This document shows positions 52,176 through 62,459 of a DNA stretch of 64,000 bases, piece after piece. A program made the position numbers and the translations under genes. The DNA is taken from contig CAVUAG010000003.1 in NCBI GenBank assembly GCA_963739365.1, positions 6,887 to 70,886 of the forward strand, given 5' to 3'. Origin of the DNA: an uncultured Chloroflexia bacterium. GTDB taxonomy: Bacteria; Chloroflexota; Limnocylindria; Limnocylindrales; CSP1-4. Each line of letters begins with the position of its first letter. Position 1 is the first letter of the stretch. The notes beneath the pieces were generated by a model, which was not told the origin of the DNA, searched no databases, and worked only from the letters and a program-made list of their open reading frames with translations.

Positions 52176-52733
52176 ATGCCGGACACGGAGCTGTTCCTCT
52201 CGCTGGCGGAGATCGCCGGCGTGTTCGTCGGGTTCGGGGCCCTCATCGCCCTGCGGAGCGGCGGCCCCGGCGGTAGCTTCGACGTGCTGGTGATCGGCAT
52301 GGTCGTCTGGATCGCGATCGCGGTCGTGATCATCGCGCTCGCGCCCGTGGCTGTCGGCGGCTTCGGCGTCGCCGGGCACCCGCTGTGGCTCGCCTGCAGC
52401 CTGATCGCCCTGCTGGTCTTCTTCGCGGGCGACGAGGTGGTCGCGCGCGCCTCGCGGGAGCGGCAGGCGTTCCTCGCCGTGGCGCCGATGCGGCGGCGCT
52501 GGAAGGGCGAGCTCGCCACCGGTGTGGTCAGCTGGATCCCCGCGACCCTGGCCCTCGGACTCGTGATCCTCGGCGTGCTCCCGGAGCATGAGGGGGCCCT
52601 CTACTTCGTCGCGTCGGCGCTGCTGCTGCTCGGAGCCGCGCTGCTCCTGCTCCAGGCCGTCTTCCGCATTGGGTACGCCGCGTGGGGGGTGCCGCTCGCG
52701 GCGGGTGAGGATCCACCCGTCGCGCCGGCGTGA
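52176..52733 (+). CDS. hypothetical 4-TM membrane protein (paralog B)
   Basis: MPDTELFLSLAEIAGVFVGFGALIALRSGG...; same architecture as paralog A. Confidence 0.55.
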   Translation: MPDTELFLSLAEIAGVFVGFGALIALRSGGPGGSFDVLVIGMVVWIAIAVVIIALAPVAVGGFGVAGHPLWLACSLIALLVFFAGDEVVARASRERQAFLAVAPMRRRWKGELATGVVSWIPATLALGLVILGVLPEHEGALYFVASALLLLGAALLLLQAVFRIGYAAWGVPLAAGEDPPVAPA

Positions 52734-52797
52734 CGCCGCGGGCGACGCGGGCGACGCGGGCGGCCGGCTCGAACGCGCGGGCGACCCTCGCGCCGCC

Positions 52798-53135
52798 CGT
52801 CACGTCGGCTGGCTCGCGCCTCCCTCGCGGTGGCCGGCCGGCGCGTCCACCCAGGCCCGGATGAACTCGCCGATCTCGCGGTTGGCGCGGCGCGCCTCGG
52901 GCAGGAACGGCGCGAACACGTGGAAGACGTGCATCATCCCCGGCCAGACGACGAGCCGCGCCTCGACACCGACGGCCGGGCGCGCTCGCAGGGGCCGCCA
53001 CGTCGTCGAGGAGGATCTCGTGGTTGCCGACGTGGACCTGCTGGGGAGCCTGCGACTGGTCGAGTAGTGGGGTCAGCTCGCCGCCCTCGGGCCTCCGTGC
53101 GAGCGCGCGAGCGGCCGCGGGCGGCGGCGCTGCCG
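52798..53135 (-). pseudogene. C-terminal remnant of an alpha/beta-hydrolase fold-3 (HSL-type) esterase
   Basis: Minus-strand reading ...GGELTPLLDQSQAPQQVHVGNHEILLDDV... / ...VVWPGMMHVFHVFAPFLPEARRANREIGEFIRAWV* across two frames. An in-frame TGA lies just upstream, and there is no room for the N-terminal 200 aa. Confidence 0.3.
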
Positions 53136-53238
53136 CGCAGGGTCAGGCGGGCTTCGGTTTCGGCTGCTTCGGCTTCGGCGGTCGCTTGGGGGTCTTGTCG
53201 CCCATCGGGTACCTCCTCCTTGGAGTGTAGCCCGCCGC

Positions 53239-54594
53239 CTACGCGACGAGGAGCCGATCCCGTCCGGCCGCCTTGGCCTCGTAGAGCGCGGCGTCGGCCT
53301 GGGCCACGAGCTGCTCGGGTGAGCTGGTCTCGCTGTCCCGGTAGGTCGTGCCCCCGACGCTCACGGTGACAGCGACCCGCTGCTCGCCTTCCATGAGCGA
53401 GGTCTCGCCAACCGCGCGCCGGATTCGCTCGCCGATCTGGCGGACGTCGTCCACGCCCGCCCCCGGCAGCAGGACGAGGAACTCCTCGCCGCCGTAGCGG
53501 ACCAGGACGTCGCCCTCGCGGATGACGCGGCGACAGGCGCGCGCAACCGCTCGCAGCACGCGATCGCCGACGAGGTGCCCATAGACGTCGTTGACGGCTT
53601 TGAAGTGGTCGAGGTCGAGCATGATGATGCCGAGGGGCGCCTCGGCGCGGACCGCGCGGGAGTACTCCTCGTGGAGCCGGGCCATGCCGAACCGCCGGTT
53701 GTAGGCTTCGGTCAGGGGATCCACCGCGGCGAGCCGCTCCAGGCGGTCGTGGGCCAGCGCGTTGTTGACGGCGAGCCCAAGGTCGGCCCGGAACTGCTCG
53801 ATGAGCGGGAGGGCGTCCTTGTCGAGGGCCGAGGCCGAGGCCAGGACGATGGCGCCCAGGGCCACGCTCTTGAAGATGATCGGGGCGACGACGACCTCGC
53901 GCGCCGGCTGGCCCACGAGCACCGAATCGATGACGGCCTCGGGCGCCGCCACGGTCATGCGCTCGACGCGCCCCGTGCGCAGGGCGCGCCGGACGTGGTC
54001 GTTCGTGCCGATCTCGCCCGACATGCGCAGGCCGTGCGTGGCGAGGGGCTCGACCGCGTCCTCGCGAACCACGAGGATCATGCCGGCATCGGCGCCGGTG
54101 TGGCGCAGGAGGCCGTCGAGGGCGGCGTCGCCCAGGCCCTCGAGCTCGAACTCACTGGAGAGGACGCCGCTGAAGTCCCGCATCGCCTGCTCGACCGCGT
54201 GGGTCCGGGCAAGGGTGCGAATGAGGCGGTTGAACGACCCGGCCGCCGCGCCGACCTCGTCGGCCGAGTCGACCGGCAGGGCGCACGCCTCGGGGTCGCA
54301 GGCGCTCCAGTCCTGGGTGTAGACGGCCTGCCCGAGGCGCTCCTCCACGGTTCCCATCCGGTCCGCGAGCAGTCGCAGGCGGCGCCCCACCACGAGGCGA
54401 GCGAGCGCGAAGTTCACCGCGCCCACCACGAGACCGGCGGTGACGGTGCTGGCGAAGAAGAGCGGGGTCAGGATGCGGTCCGCCGGCAGCCCCAGCAGGA
54501 GGCAGAAGGGCGGGAAGACGAGCCCGATCATGAGCCCGAACCCGGTCATCCAGATGGCGAGGTCGACGAAGACCTTGGAGGTGAGGCGCGGCAT
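53239..54594 (-). CDS. GGDEF diguanylate cyclase with N-terminal 2-TM and GAF-like sensor region
   Basis: ATG 54594 (MPRLTSKVFVDLAIWMTGFGLMIGLVFPPF...); GGDEF active site RYGGEEF; intact 451 aa. Confidence 0.8.
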   Translation of the reverse strand: MPRLTSKVFVDLAIWMTGFGLMIGLVFPPFCLLLGLPADRILTPLFFASTVTAGLVVGAVNFALARLVVGRRLRLLADRMGTVEERLGQAVYTQDWSACDPEACALPVDSADEVGAAAGSFNRLIRTLARTHAVEQAMRDFSGVLSSEFELEGLGDAALDGLLRHTGADAGMILVVREDAVEPLATHGLRMSGEIGTNDHVRRALRTGRVERMTVAAPEAVIDSVLVGQPAREVVVAPIIFKSVALGAIVLASASALDKDALPLIEQFRADLGLAVNNALAHDRLERLAAVDPLTEAYNRRFGMARLHEEYSRAVRAEAPLGIIMLDLDHFKAVNDVYGHLVGDRVLRAVARACRRVIREGDVLVRYGGEEFLVLLPGAGVDDVRQIGERIRRAVGETSLMEGEQRVAVTVSVGGTTYRDSETSSPEQLVAQADAALYEAKAAGRDRLLVA

Positions 54595-54742
54595 GTCGTT
54601 GGGCGCTCCGAAGCGGATGGGTGGACGCGCAGCCGAACGATGCGCCGGCGGTGCCAGCGGGCACAGGACGCGATGGTCCGGGTGGGTCCGGTACGGTCGG
54701 GGCACCCGTGGCTCGACCGCCAGTACCGAGGAGGGGCGCCCC

Positions 54743-55768
54743 CTACTTCGTGACGGCCCGGATGGCGTCGACGAGCTCCTGGTCGCCGACGACGGCCTCG
54801 AACGAGCCGGTGATCGTCCCGTCGGCACCCACGACGAACAGCCACGGCTCGGTCGGGATCCCGTAGGCGTTGGCCGCCTCGACCGGGACGAAGTTGCCGT
54901 CCTGGAGGACGGGCTGGAGTCGGCCGTCCTTGTAGACGAGCTGGTACGGCTCGACGGCGACCACGCGGATCGGGGCGGCCTCCACGGCCTGCTTGACGAC
55001 GTCGATCGTGGGGCCGCACTGGGCGCTCTTGCAGAAGGCCGGCGTGATGAAGGCGAGCAGGAACGGCTCCCTGGCGGCGAGGGCGTCGTCGAGCGAGGTC
55101 CCGTAGAAGTCCGGCTCGGGTGTCGGGTCCGTGGAGATCCTTCGGACGTCGCCACCGACGTCGGCGAGCGTGAGCGTCTTCAACGCGGGCGCGGCGTCAC
55201 CGACGCGCGGCCCGAAGCCGCCCTCGGAGACGGTGAACTGGAGCTTCGCGCCGGTTGTCACGCCGGTGGAGGGGTCGCGAACGGCGACGGCAGCGCCCCA
55301 CGGTCCGGGCTGCGTCAGCGTGGGAGTCGTGACATAGAAGGCGCGCTGTCCCGCGACGCCCCAGGCAAAGCCCGGCGTGACGATCTCCGTGGGGGTCGCG
55401 GGGTCGGCGCAGAGGTCGAAGAAGCCGATCTCGACCTCGAGGGTGTCGTCGGCGATCGGGCGGTTCTGGTCGTCGACCAGGGCGAAGAGGAGGCGGCTCT
55501 CGCCGACGAGCTTCTCCGAGCTGGCCAGGACCGGGATGATCCCGCTCGTCGTCACCTGGCCGGGCGTTGGCCAGCCGGGGAAGGCACCGGCGTCGCAGGC
55601 CGCTGCCAGGCCCGCCGAAGCGCCCGACGAGATGGCCGTGGGCGTCGCGCCGGCCGTCCCGGCCGGCTCACCCGCTGACGTGCAGGCAGCAAGGACGATG
55701 GCCAGCAGCAGGGTGGCGCCGAGGAACGAGCGGGGGAGGCGGCGCGGCGTCCGCGCAAGGTGGGGCAC
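54743..55768 (-). CDS. TlpA/SCO-like thioredoxin-fold lipoprotein
   Basis: Lipobox LLLAIVLAAC; CxxxC in AFITPAFCKSAQCGPT. Confidence 0.6.
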   Translation of the reverse strand: MPHLARTPRRLPRSFLGATLLLAIVLAACTSAGEPAGTAGATPTAISSGASAGLAAACDAGAFPGWPTPGQVTTSGIIPVLASSEKLVGESRLLFALVDDQNRPIADDTLEVEIGFFDLCADPATPTEIVTPGFAWGVAGQRAFYVTTPTLTQPGPWGAAVAVRDPSTGVTTGAKLQFTVSEGGFGPRVGDAAPALKTLTLADVGGDVRRISTDPTPEPDFYGTSLDDALAAREPFLLAFITPAFCKSAQCGPTIDVVKQAVEAAPIRVVAVEPYQLVYKDGRLQPVLQDGNFVPVEAANAYGIPTEPWLFVVGADGTITGSFEAVVGDQELVDAIRAVTK

Positions 55769-55945
55769 CGGTGGATGCTAGCGTGAAGTCCCGGAGTGCG
55801 CCCGCCGCGTCGCCCGGGACCGCCCGCCTTGGTCCGGGGGCCGGCACGGTACAATCCGCCCCGCTCGTCCCGAGCACGTCGCACCGGCGGTTCCGAGTCC
55901 CCGCCGCCGGCCGGCGGCCGCGGACGTCACGTTCCCGGAGGTTCG

Positions 55946-56892
55946 GTGACCCGCTTCCAGAAGCTCGTCGCAGCGACGCTGGCGATGACCCTTGCCCTCG
56001 TCATCGTCGGGGTCATCGTCCGGGCGACCGGCTCCGGGCTCGGCTGCCCGGACTGGCCCTTCTGCTACGGCGAGGTGATCCCGCCCCTCGAGTTCAAGGC
56101 CTGGGCGGAGTGGATTCACCGTCTCATCGCCGCGGTCATCGGCGTGATGGCGCTGGGCATCGTGATCCTGGCCGTGGTCGACCACCGGGATCGTCGCGGC
56201 GTCGTGGCGGCGTCCGTCGGCCTCGTGGCGCTCGTCGGCTTCCAGGCCTGGCTTGGCCGCGAGACCGTGCGCCTCGGCAACTCGGGAGCGTCGGTGACCG
56301 CGCACCTTGCGGCGGCCATGGCCGTTGTCGGTCTCCTTGCGTTCCTGCTCGTGCGGGCGGGCTACCCGGCGCGGCTCCCGGGGGGCGGCAGGAGCCAGCG
56401 TCTCACCCTGCTCATCGCGTTCACGGCGGTCGCCACGTTCGTCCTGCTCATCTACGGCGCGAACGTGACCGCTGCCGCCGCGGCGCTCGTCTTCCCGGAC
56501 TGGCCGCTCATGGGTGGCGCGCTCGTCCCGCCGTTCTGGGACATGCCCGTCGGCGCCGCGAACCTCGCCCTCACCCACGCGCTCCACCGCTACGTCGGCG
56601 TCGTGGTCGGGGTGGCGCTCGCCGGGACCTGGGTGGTCGCGTGGCGGGGTCGCCGCGCGGGTCGGGTCGATGCGACGCTCTTCCGTCTGATCACGATCGC
56701 AGCTGTGATCTACCCACTCCAGGCGGTCGTGGGCGCCCTCCAGGTCTGGACCCGGCTCGCCCCGTGGACCCAGACGCTCCATGTCGCGCTCGCCGCGTTC
56801 GTCTGGACGGCCGCGATCAGCGCCACGTTCGTCAGCTACTACGGCGCACGCGCGCGGCGGGGCCGGCCCGGCTCGAGATGGCCCGGCGGTGA
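55946..56892 (+). CDS. ctaA: heme A synthase
   Basis: GTG start; GLGCPDWPFCYG; 8 TM helices. The C-terminal end is uncertain (probable indel near 56880); the TGA at 56890 overlaps the ctaB GTG. Confidence 0.75.
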
Positions 56893-57851
56893 GTACGCCA
56901 ACGAGCCCGACTCCCCAGGTCCCGGCGCCGCTCGGCTCCGCGCGAGGCGACACGATCCGCGCCTACATCGCGCTCACCAAGCCCCGGATCATCGAGCTGC
57001 TCCTCATCACCACGGTGCCGGCGATGGTCCTCGCGACGCGCGACCTCCCGGGCACCGTCGACTGGATCGCATGGGGCTGGCTCGTCGTCTGGACCCTCGT
57101 GGGCGGCACGCTCGCGGCCGGCAGCGCCAACGCCATGAACCAGTACCTCGACCGCGACATCGACATCCTCATGACCCGCACGCGCCGCCGCCCCCTCCCC
57201 GCGCACTCGGTGCAGCCCAGGCAGGCCGTCATCTTCGGGGTCGTGCTCGGGGTGATCGCGATCGGGCTCCTCGCCTGGTTCGTCAACCTGGTCGCCGCGC
57301 TGCTCACCCTGCTCGCGATCGTCTTCTACGTCTTCGTCTACACGATCGTCCTCAAGCGGACGACGACCCAGAACATCGTCATCGGCGGCGCGGCCGGCGC
57401 CCTCCCGCCGGTGATCGGCTGGGCCGCGGTCACGGGGAGCGTGGAGGTCCCGGCGCTCTTCCTCTTCGCCCTCGTCTTCTACTGGACGCCACCTCACTTC
57501 TGGGCGCTCAGCCTCCGGATCGCGAAGGACTACGCGGCAGCCGGCGTGCCCATGCTGCCCGTCGTGCGGGGCTCGGCGGAGACGACCCGCCAGATCTTCC
57601 TGTACACGATCCTGCTCGTCGCCATCAGCCTGATCTTCTTCGCCGTGGGCAAGATGGGCCTCATCTACCTCGTCGCCGCCGTCGTGATGGGCGCCATCTT
57701 CCTGTGGCAGGCGGGGCGGCTCGCGCGCACGGTCAGCGCCGAGGGGACGACCACCGGCGCCATCCGCCTCTACAAGTTCTCGATCAGCTACCTCACGGTC
57801 CTCTTCGCGGCCGTGGCCGTCGACGCCCTGGTCCTGATCCGGATCGGCTGA
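56889..57851 (+). CDS. ctaB: protoheme IX farnesyltransferase
   Basis: AYIALTKPRIIELL, NQYLDRDID, YWTPPHFWALS motifs; intact. Confidence 0.85.
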   Translation: MSTPTSPTPQVPAPLGSARGDTIRAYIALTKPRIIELLLITTVPAMVLATRDLPGTVDWIAWGWLVVWTLVGGTLAAGSANAMNQYLDRDIDILMTRTRRRPLPAHSVQPRQAVIFGVVLGVIAIGLLAWFVNLVAALLTLLAIVFYVFVYTIVLKRTTTQNIVIGGAAGALPPVIGWAAVTGSVEVPALFLFALVFYWTPPHFWALSLRIAKDYAAAGVPMLPVVRGSAETTRQIFLYTILLVAISLIFFAVGKMGLIYLVAAVVMGAIFLWQAGRLARTVSAEGTTTGAIRLYKFSISYLTVLFAAVAVDALVLIRIG

Positions 57852-57949
57852 CCCTGCGACGGGCGCGCCCGGTGCCCCGCGCCGGTGGCAGACCCGACCG
57901 CGCACGGCTGGCCGACGCCCGCCCGCTCGCCGACGCCGGCTCCGGCCCG

Positions 57950-58618
57950 CTACTCGCCGACCGTGCCCGGTGACTCCAGCTCCTCCGCGAGGTCCGGCCG
58001 CCGTCGCCGCGAGACGCGACCCTCGGGATCGAAGATGCGCAGCATCACCTGGACGACCGGCCCGATCCCGAACGCGAAGAGAATCGTGCCGAGGCCGATC
58101 GTGCCGCCCAGCAGGAAGCCGATGACGAGCACGAGCAGCTCGATCGCCGTCCGGGCGCGCCGGATCGACCACCCGAAGCGGTGGTGGAGCCCCGTCATGA
58201 GGCCGTCGCGCGGTCCGGCGCCGAGGTCGGCTGCGAGGTAGAGCCCGCTCCCGAGCCCGATCAGCAGCACTCCGGCAACGCTCATCACGAGCTGGACGAC
58301 CGGCACGTCCGGGCGGGGCAGGAGCGGCAGGGCCAGGTTCGTCGCGGTTCCGATCGTGGCCACGTTGAGGATCGTCCCGATCCCCGGCCGCTCCCCGAGG
58401 GGCCACCAGAGGGCCAGGACCGGGATGCCGACGAGGATGCTCACGGTGCCAAGTGGGATCCCCGTGCGATTGGAGATGCCCTGGTGGAACGCTTCCCATG
58501 GACCCAGCCCCAGGCCGGACGCGGCCATGACGGCGATCCCGACGCCGAAGATCACGAGGCCCACCATGAGGCCCGGGAGGCGGCGAAGGACGGCCCGGCC
58601 GAAGAAGCGCTCGCGCAT
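57950..58618 (-). CDS. YczE/YitT-like family membrane protein
   Basis: MRERFFGRAVLRRLPGLMVGLVIFGVGIAVMAASGLGLGPWEAFHQGIS... Confidence 0.55.
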   Translation of the reverse strand: MRERFFGRAVLRRLPGLMVGLVIFGVGIAVMAASGLGLGPWEAFHQGISNRTGIPLGTVSILVGIPVLALWWPLGERPGIGTILNVATIGTATNLALPLLPRPDVPVVQLVMSVAGVLLIGLGSGLYLAADLGAGPRDGLMTGLHHRFGWSIRRARTAIELLVLVIGFLLGGTIGLGTILFAFGIGPVVQVMLRIFDPEGRVSRRRRPDLAEELESPGTVGE

Positions 58619-58722
58619 CGGGCGATCGTAGCGGCGCGCGTGGCATCCTGACGGCGAGCGGACCGTCGGCGATGCCGCCTTCTCGGCGGGTCGTAGGCGG
58701 CCGTGCGGCTCGGAGGAGCGGC

Positions 58723-59451
58723 GTGCTCGAGGCAGCGTTCTGGGGCTTCGTGGCGGCATCGACCCTCATCGTCGGCGCCGTCCTTGCGATCGCCCTGCCG
58801 TGGACGCGCCGGGCGATCGGACTGGTGGCCGGCTTCGGGGCGGGAGCCCTCATCTCGGCGGTCACCCTCGACCTCACCGCTTCGGCCTTCGGGATGGCCG
58901 AGGTTCCCGTCGTCGTGGTCGGGCTGGGTGTCGGCGCGCTCGCGTTCACGGCCGGCAACTGGTCGCTCCACCGCGGCGGAGCGGTACGCCACCGCAAGCG
59001 GTCGTCGGGCCAGCAGGCGGGTGCCGATCCGCTCGGGATCGTGCTGGGGACGGTCCTCGACGGCATCCCGGAGTCGGTGGTGATCGGGATCTCGCTCCTG
59101 GCGGGCGAAGGGGTCGGGCTTGCGTTCCTGGCGGCCGTCGCGATCTCGAACCTGCCGGAGGCGATCTCGTCGACGACCGGCCTGCGCCGGGTCGGCTGGT
59201 CGACGCGGGGGATCATGGGCTTGTGGGTCGTCGTGGTGGCCCTGAGCGCGGTCGCGGCCGGGGCGGGGTTCGCGCTCCTGGTGGGCGCGCCGCCCGAGGT
59301 GACGGCGGCCATCCTGGCGTTCGCCGCGGGCGCCGTCCTGACGATGCTGGCCGACACGATGATGCCGGAGGCGTACGAAGAGGCGGGCGGCGCGGTCGGC
59401 CTCGCGACGGTGCTCGGCTACGCAATCGGGGCGCTGCTGACGCTCGTCTAG
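58723..59451 (+). CDS. ZIP-family divalent metal transporter (ZupT-like)
   Basis: GTG 58723; LDGIPESVVIG and AISNLPEAIS motifs. Confidence 0.7.
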   Translation: MLEAAFWGFVAASTLIVGAVLAIALPWTRRAIGLVAGFGAGALISAVTLDLTASAFGMAEVPVVVVGLGVGALAFTAGNWSLHRGGAVRHRKRSSGQQAGADPLGIVLGTVLDGIPESVVIGISLLAGEGVGLAFLAAVAISNLPEAISSTTGLRRVGWSTRGIMGLWVVVVALSAVAAGAGFALLVGAPPEVTAAILAFAAGAVLTMLADTMMPEAYEEAGGAVGLATVLGYAIGALLTLV

Positions 59452-59498
59452 GCGCGCCCGGGGCCCGCCGCCTGGGCCCGCCGTGGCACCATGCCCTC

Positions 59499-61043
59499 AT
59501 GGACCTGACCTTCCTCGGCGCAGCGACCACGGTGACCGGCAGCCAGTTCCTGCTCGAGACCCGGCAGGCCCGGGTCATCATCGACTGCGGGATGTTCCAG
59601 GGCGGCCCCAACGAGGGGATCCGCAACCGCGTCCCCCGGGGCTACGACCCGGCGACCCTCGACGCCATCCTCCTGACCCATGCCCACCTCGACCACTGCG
59701 GCCTGATCCCGGTGATCGTGCGGGAGGGGTTCCACGGCCCGATCCGGGCGACGGCCGGGACGATCGAGCTCGCCCGCCTGGTGCTCATGGATTCGGGCCG
59801 TCTCCAGGAGGAGTTCGCCAAGCGCGATGCCCGCTTCGAGCGCCGGAACCCCGAGAAGGCGGCGCACGACGACGCTCGCGACCACCGCCGGTTCGAGGCC
59901 GCGATCGAGGAGGCCGCGGCCGGCGCAGGGGGCGACGCCGAGGCCGAGCTGCGCGCCCAGCCCGCCGTCGCCGAGCCCGACCTCGACGAGCCGCTCTACA
60001 CGGAGGACGACGCGGTCGCGGCGCTGCGCCACTTCCGGCCGATCCGCTACGACGTCGAGGAGGAGGTGGCGCCGGGAATCCATGCGACGTACCTCGACGC
60101 CGGCCACATCCTGGGTTCGGCGATCATCCGCCTCCGCGTGGCCGACGAGCCGGGCGGCCCGGAACGCGTGATCGTCTTCTCGGGCGACCTCGGCAAGCGC
60201 AACACCCCGATCATTCGCGATCCGACGAAGGTGACCGGCGCCGACTACGTCCTGTGCGAGTCGACCTACGGCGGCCGCGAGCACGAGCCCGAGTCCGAGG
60301 CGCGACGCGTGCTCGCCGAGGTCGTGCGCCTCGTCGCCGAGAGCGACGGCGTCCTGCTGATCCCCTCGTTCGCCATCGGGCGGACCCAGGAGCTCACCTG
60401 GGCGCTCGACCGGCTGGTCTCCGCGGGTGAGATCCCGGCTCTTCCGCTCTACCTCGACTCCCCGATGGCCCGCGAGGCAACGTCCATCTACCGGACGCAC
60501 GCGGAGTACTACGACGTCGAGACGCGGAAGCTCCTCGAGGCCGGCGACACGCCTCTCGACTACCCAGGCCAGCGGATCGTGAAGACCGTGGAGGAATCGC
60601 GGGCCATCGCGAGGGCGCCGCGGCCGTACATGATCGTCGCCTCGAACGGGATGCTCACCGGCGGCCGGGTCCTGGGCCATCTCCGCGAGCTGATCGACGA
60701 TCCGCGCGCGGTCATCCTCTTCGTCGGCTACCAGGGCGAGGGGACGATGGGCCGCCACCTCCAGGATGGGGCGACGACGGTGCGTCTCGACGGCACGATC
60801 CGGCAGGTTCGCTGCCAGGTGCGCTCGGTGAGCGGCTTCTCGGCCCACGCGGACGAGCCCGAGCTGCTCGACTGGCTGGGCGGGTTCGCGAACGGCCAGC
60901 GGCCCGGCGCTCCGGGCTTCCCGCGGCGGGTCTTCCTGGTCCATGGCGACCCGGGCCCGCAGGCGGAGCTCCTCCCGAAGGTCAGGGCGCTGGGCTTCGA
61001 CGTCCACGTCCCCCACTGGCACGAGACCGTGACCCTCGACTGA
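59499..61043 (+). CDS. MBL-fold metallo-hydrolase, beta-CASP family (RNA-metabolising)
   Basis: LTHAHLDHCG (HxHxDH), beta-CASP region, C-terminal HGD; intact 515 aa. Confidence 0.75.
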   Translation: MDLTFLGAATTVTGSQFLLETRQARVIIDCGMFQGGPNEGIRNRVPRGYDPATLDAILLTHAHLDHCGLIPVIVREGFHGPIRATAGTIELARLVLMDSGRLQEEFAKRDARFERRNPEKAAHDDARDHRRFEAAIEEAAAGAGGDAEAELRAQPAVAEPDLDEPLYTEDDAVAALRHFRPIRYDVEEEVAPGIHATYLDAGHILGSAIIRLRVADEPGGPERVIVFSGDLGKRNTPIIRDPTKVTGADYVLCESTYGGREHEPESEARRVLAEVVRLVAESDGVLLIPSFAIGRTQELTWALDRLVSAGEIPALPLYLDSPMAREATSIYRTHAEYYDVETRKLLEAGDTPLDYPGQRIVKTVEESRAIARAPRPYMIVASNGMLTGGRVLGHLRELIDDPRAVILFVGYQGEGTMGRHLQDGATTVRLDGTIRQVRCQVRSVSGFSAHADEPELLDWLGGFANGQRPGAPGFPRRVFLVHGDPGPQAELLPKVRALGFDVHVPHWHETVTLD

Positions 61044-61093
61044 CCTGGCGGCGGCCCGTCGGCTACGATCCGCGTTCACAGGAGGAGGGACCC

Positions 61094-62392
61094 TTGGCCG
61101 TCACGCGTTCGCCTGCCCCGACGCCGATCACGCCGGAGGAGATCGCCGCCATCCGGGCGCCGTTCCGGAAGGCGACCCTGCTCCCGGCACGTGCCTACCA
61201 CGACGAGTCGATCCACGCGTGGGAGACCGAGCACATCTTCCTCCGCGACTGGATCGCCGTCGCCCGCGCGGAGGAGGTGCCCGAACCCGGCAGCTTCGTC
61301 CTGCGCGACGTCCTCGGCGAGAACGTCATCGTCGTCCGCGGCCACGACGACGTGATCCGCGCCTTCTACAACGTCTGCCGCCACCGCGGCACCGCGGTGG
61401 AGGAGCGCGAGTGCGGCAAGGCCGTCCGCTTCCAGTGCCCCTACCACGCCTGGATCTACGACCTCGACGGCCGGCTGATCCGGGCCAGGCACACCGAGGA
61501 TCTCGCGGACTTCAGCCTCGAGGCCTTCGGCCTGACACCGATCCGGGCGGAGACCTGGCAGGGGTTCCTCTTCCTGTGCTTCGCGGACGAGGCGACGACG
61601 CCCGACCTGCGGACCTTCATGGGCGACTGGTTCGACCACCACGAAGGCTTCGGGCGCGACATGAGCACCCTGCGGCGGGCGGCCCGGCTGACCTACGAGG
61701 TCAACGCCAACTGGAAGATCGTGGCCGAGAACTACAGCGAGTGCTACCACTGCCCTCCGGTCCACCCGCTCCTCAACAAGCTCACGCCGTACGACCTCGG
61801 CGAGGACTTCCTCGCCGACGGGCCGTGGAAGGGCGGCTGGATGGTCTTCGCCGAGGGCTGCGAGACGATGTCGATCGACGGGCAGCGGAACGGTCGCCCG
61901 CTCCTCTACGCCCGCGACGAGACCGAGGCCCGGCGGATCTACTACTACATCCTCTGGCCGAACCTCATCGTCTCGGTCCACCCCGACTACGTCCTGACCC
62001 ACCAGGCCTGGCCGGACGGCCCGAACCGGAGCATCGTCCACTGCGACCTCTATGTCGACGCGGCCGACCTCGGGAAGGTCGACGTCTCCGGCGCGGTCGA
62101 GTTCTGGGACATCACGAACCGGGAGGACTACCACGTCGTCGAGATGCAGCAGCAGGGCACGCGCTCGCGCAGCTGGACGGCGGGGCGGTACTCGAACCAG
62201 GAGGCGTCGGTCCACGCCTTCGACGTGATGGTCGCCGACCGGTACGCGATGGATGGTGTGCGGACCGTCCGCGGCTGGCGGACCGAGGTGGAGGGGGCCG
62301 AGGAGAAGCGCCTCCGGGCGCGGGCGAAGGCCGCCGGGCGAGCAGCGACGACCTCCGTCCCGGCGACGCCGGCGCCCGTCGCCGAGGACTGA
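61094..62392 (+). CDS. Rieske (2Fe-2S) aromatic-ring-hydroxylating oxygenase alpha subunit
   Basis: CRHRG...CPYHAW Rieske motif; catalytic-domain NWK..E..Y.HC; GGAGGAGGG Shine-Dalgarno; TTG start. Confidence 0.8.
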   Translation: MAVTRSPAPTPITPEEIAAIRAPFRKATLLPARAYHDESIHAWETEHIFLRDWIAVARAEEVPEPGSFVLRDVLGENVIVVRGHDDVIRAFYNVCRHRGTAVEERECGKAVRFQCPYHAWIYDLDGRLIRARHTEDLADFSLEAFGLTPIRAETWQGFLFLCFADEATTPDLRTFMGDWFDHHEGFGRDMSTLRRAARLTYEVNANWKIVAENYSECYHCPPVHPLLNKLTPYDLGEDFLADGPWKGGWMVFAEGCETMSIDGQRNGRPLLYARDETEARRIYYYILWPNLIVSVHPDYVLTHQAWPDGPNRSIVHCDLYVDAADLGKVDVSGAVEFWDITNREDYHVVEMQQQGTRSRSWTAGRYSNQEASVHAFDVMVADRYAMDGVRTVRGWRTEVEGAEEKRLRARAKAAGRAATTSVPATPAPVAED

Positions 62393-62459
62393 CGGCGCCG
62401 TCGTGCCACGGCCCGCCGGCCGTGGTGGCGGCTCGGCTCGAACGACCTCACGCCCTTCT

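Noticed and set aside
58800-59498. N-terminal 233-codon extension of the MBL hydrolase ORF
   Set aside because: It overlaps the ZIP transporter gene in another frame. The conserved MBL N-terminus starts at MDLTFLGAAT (59499).
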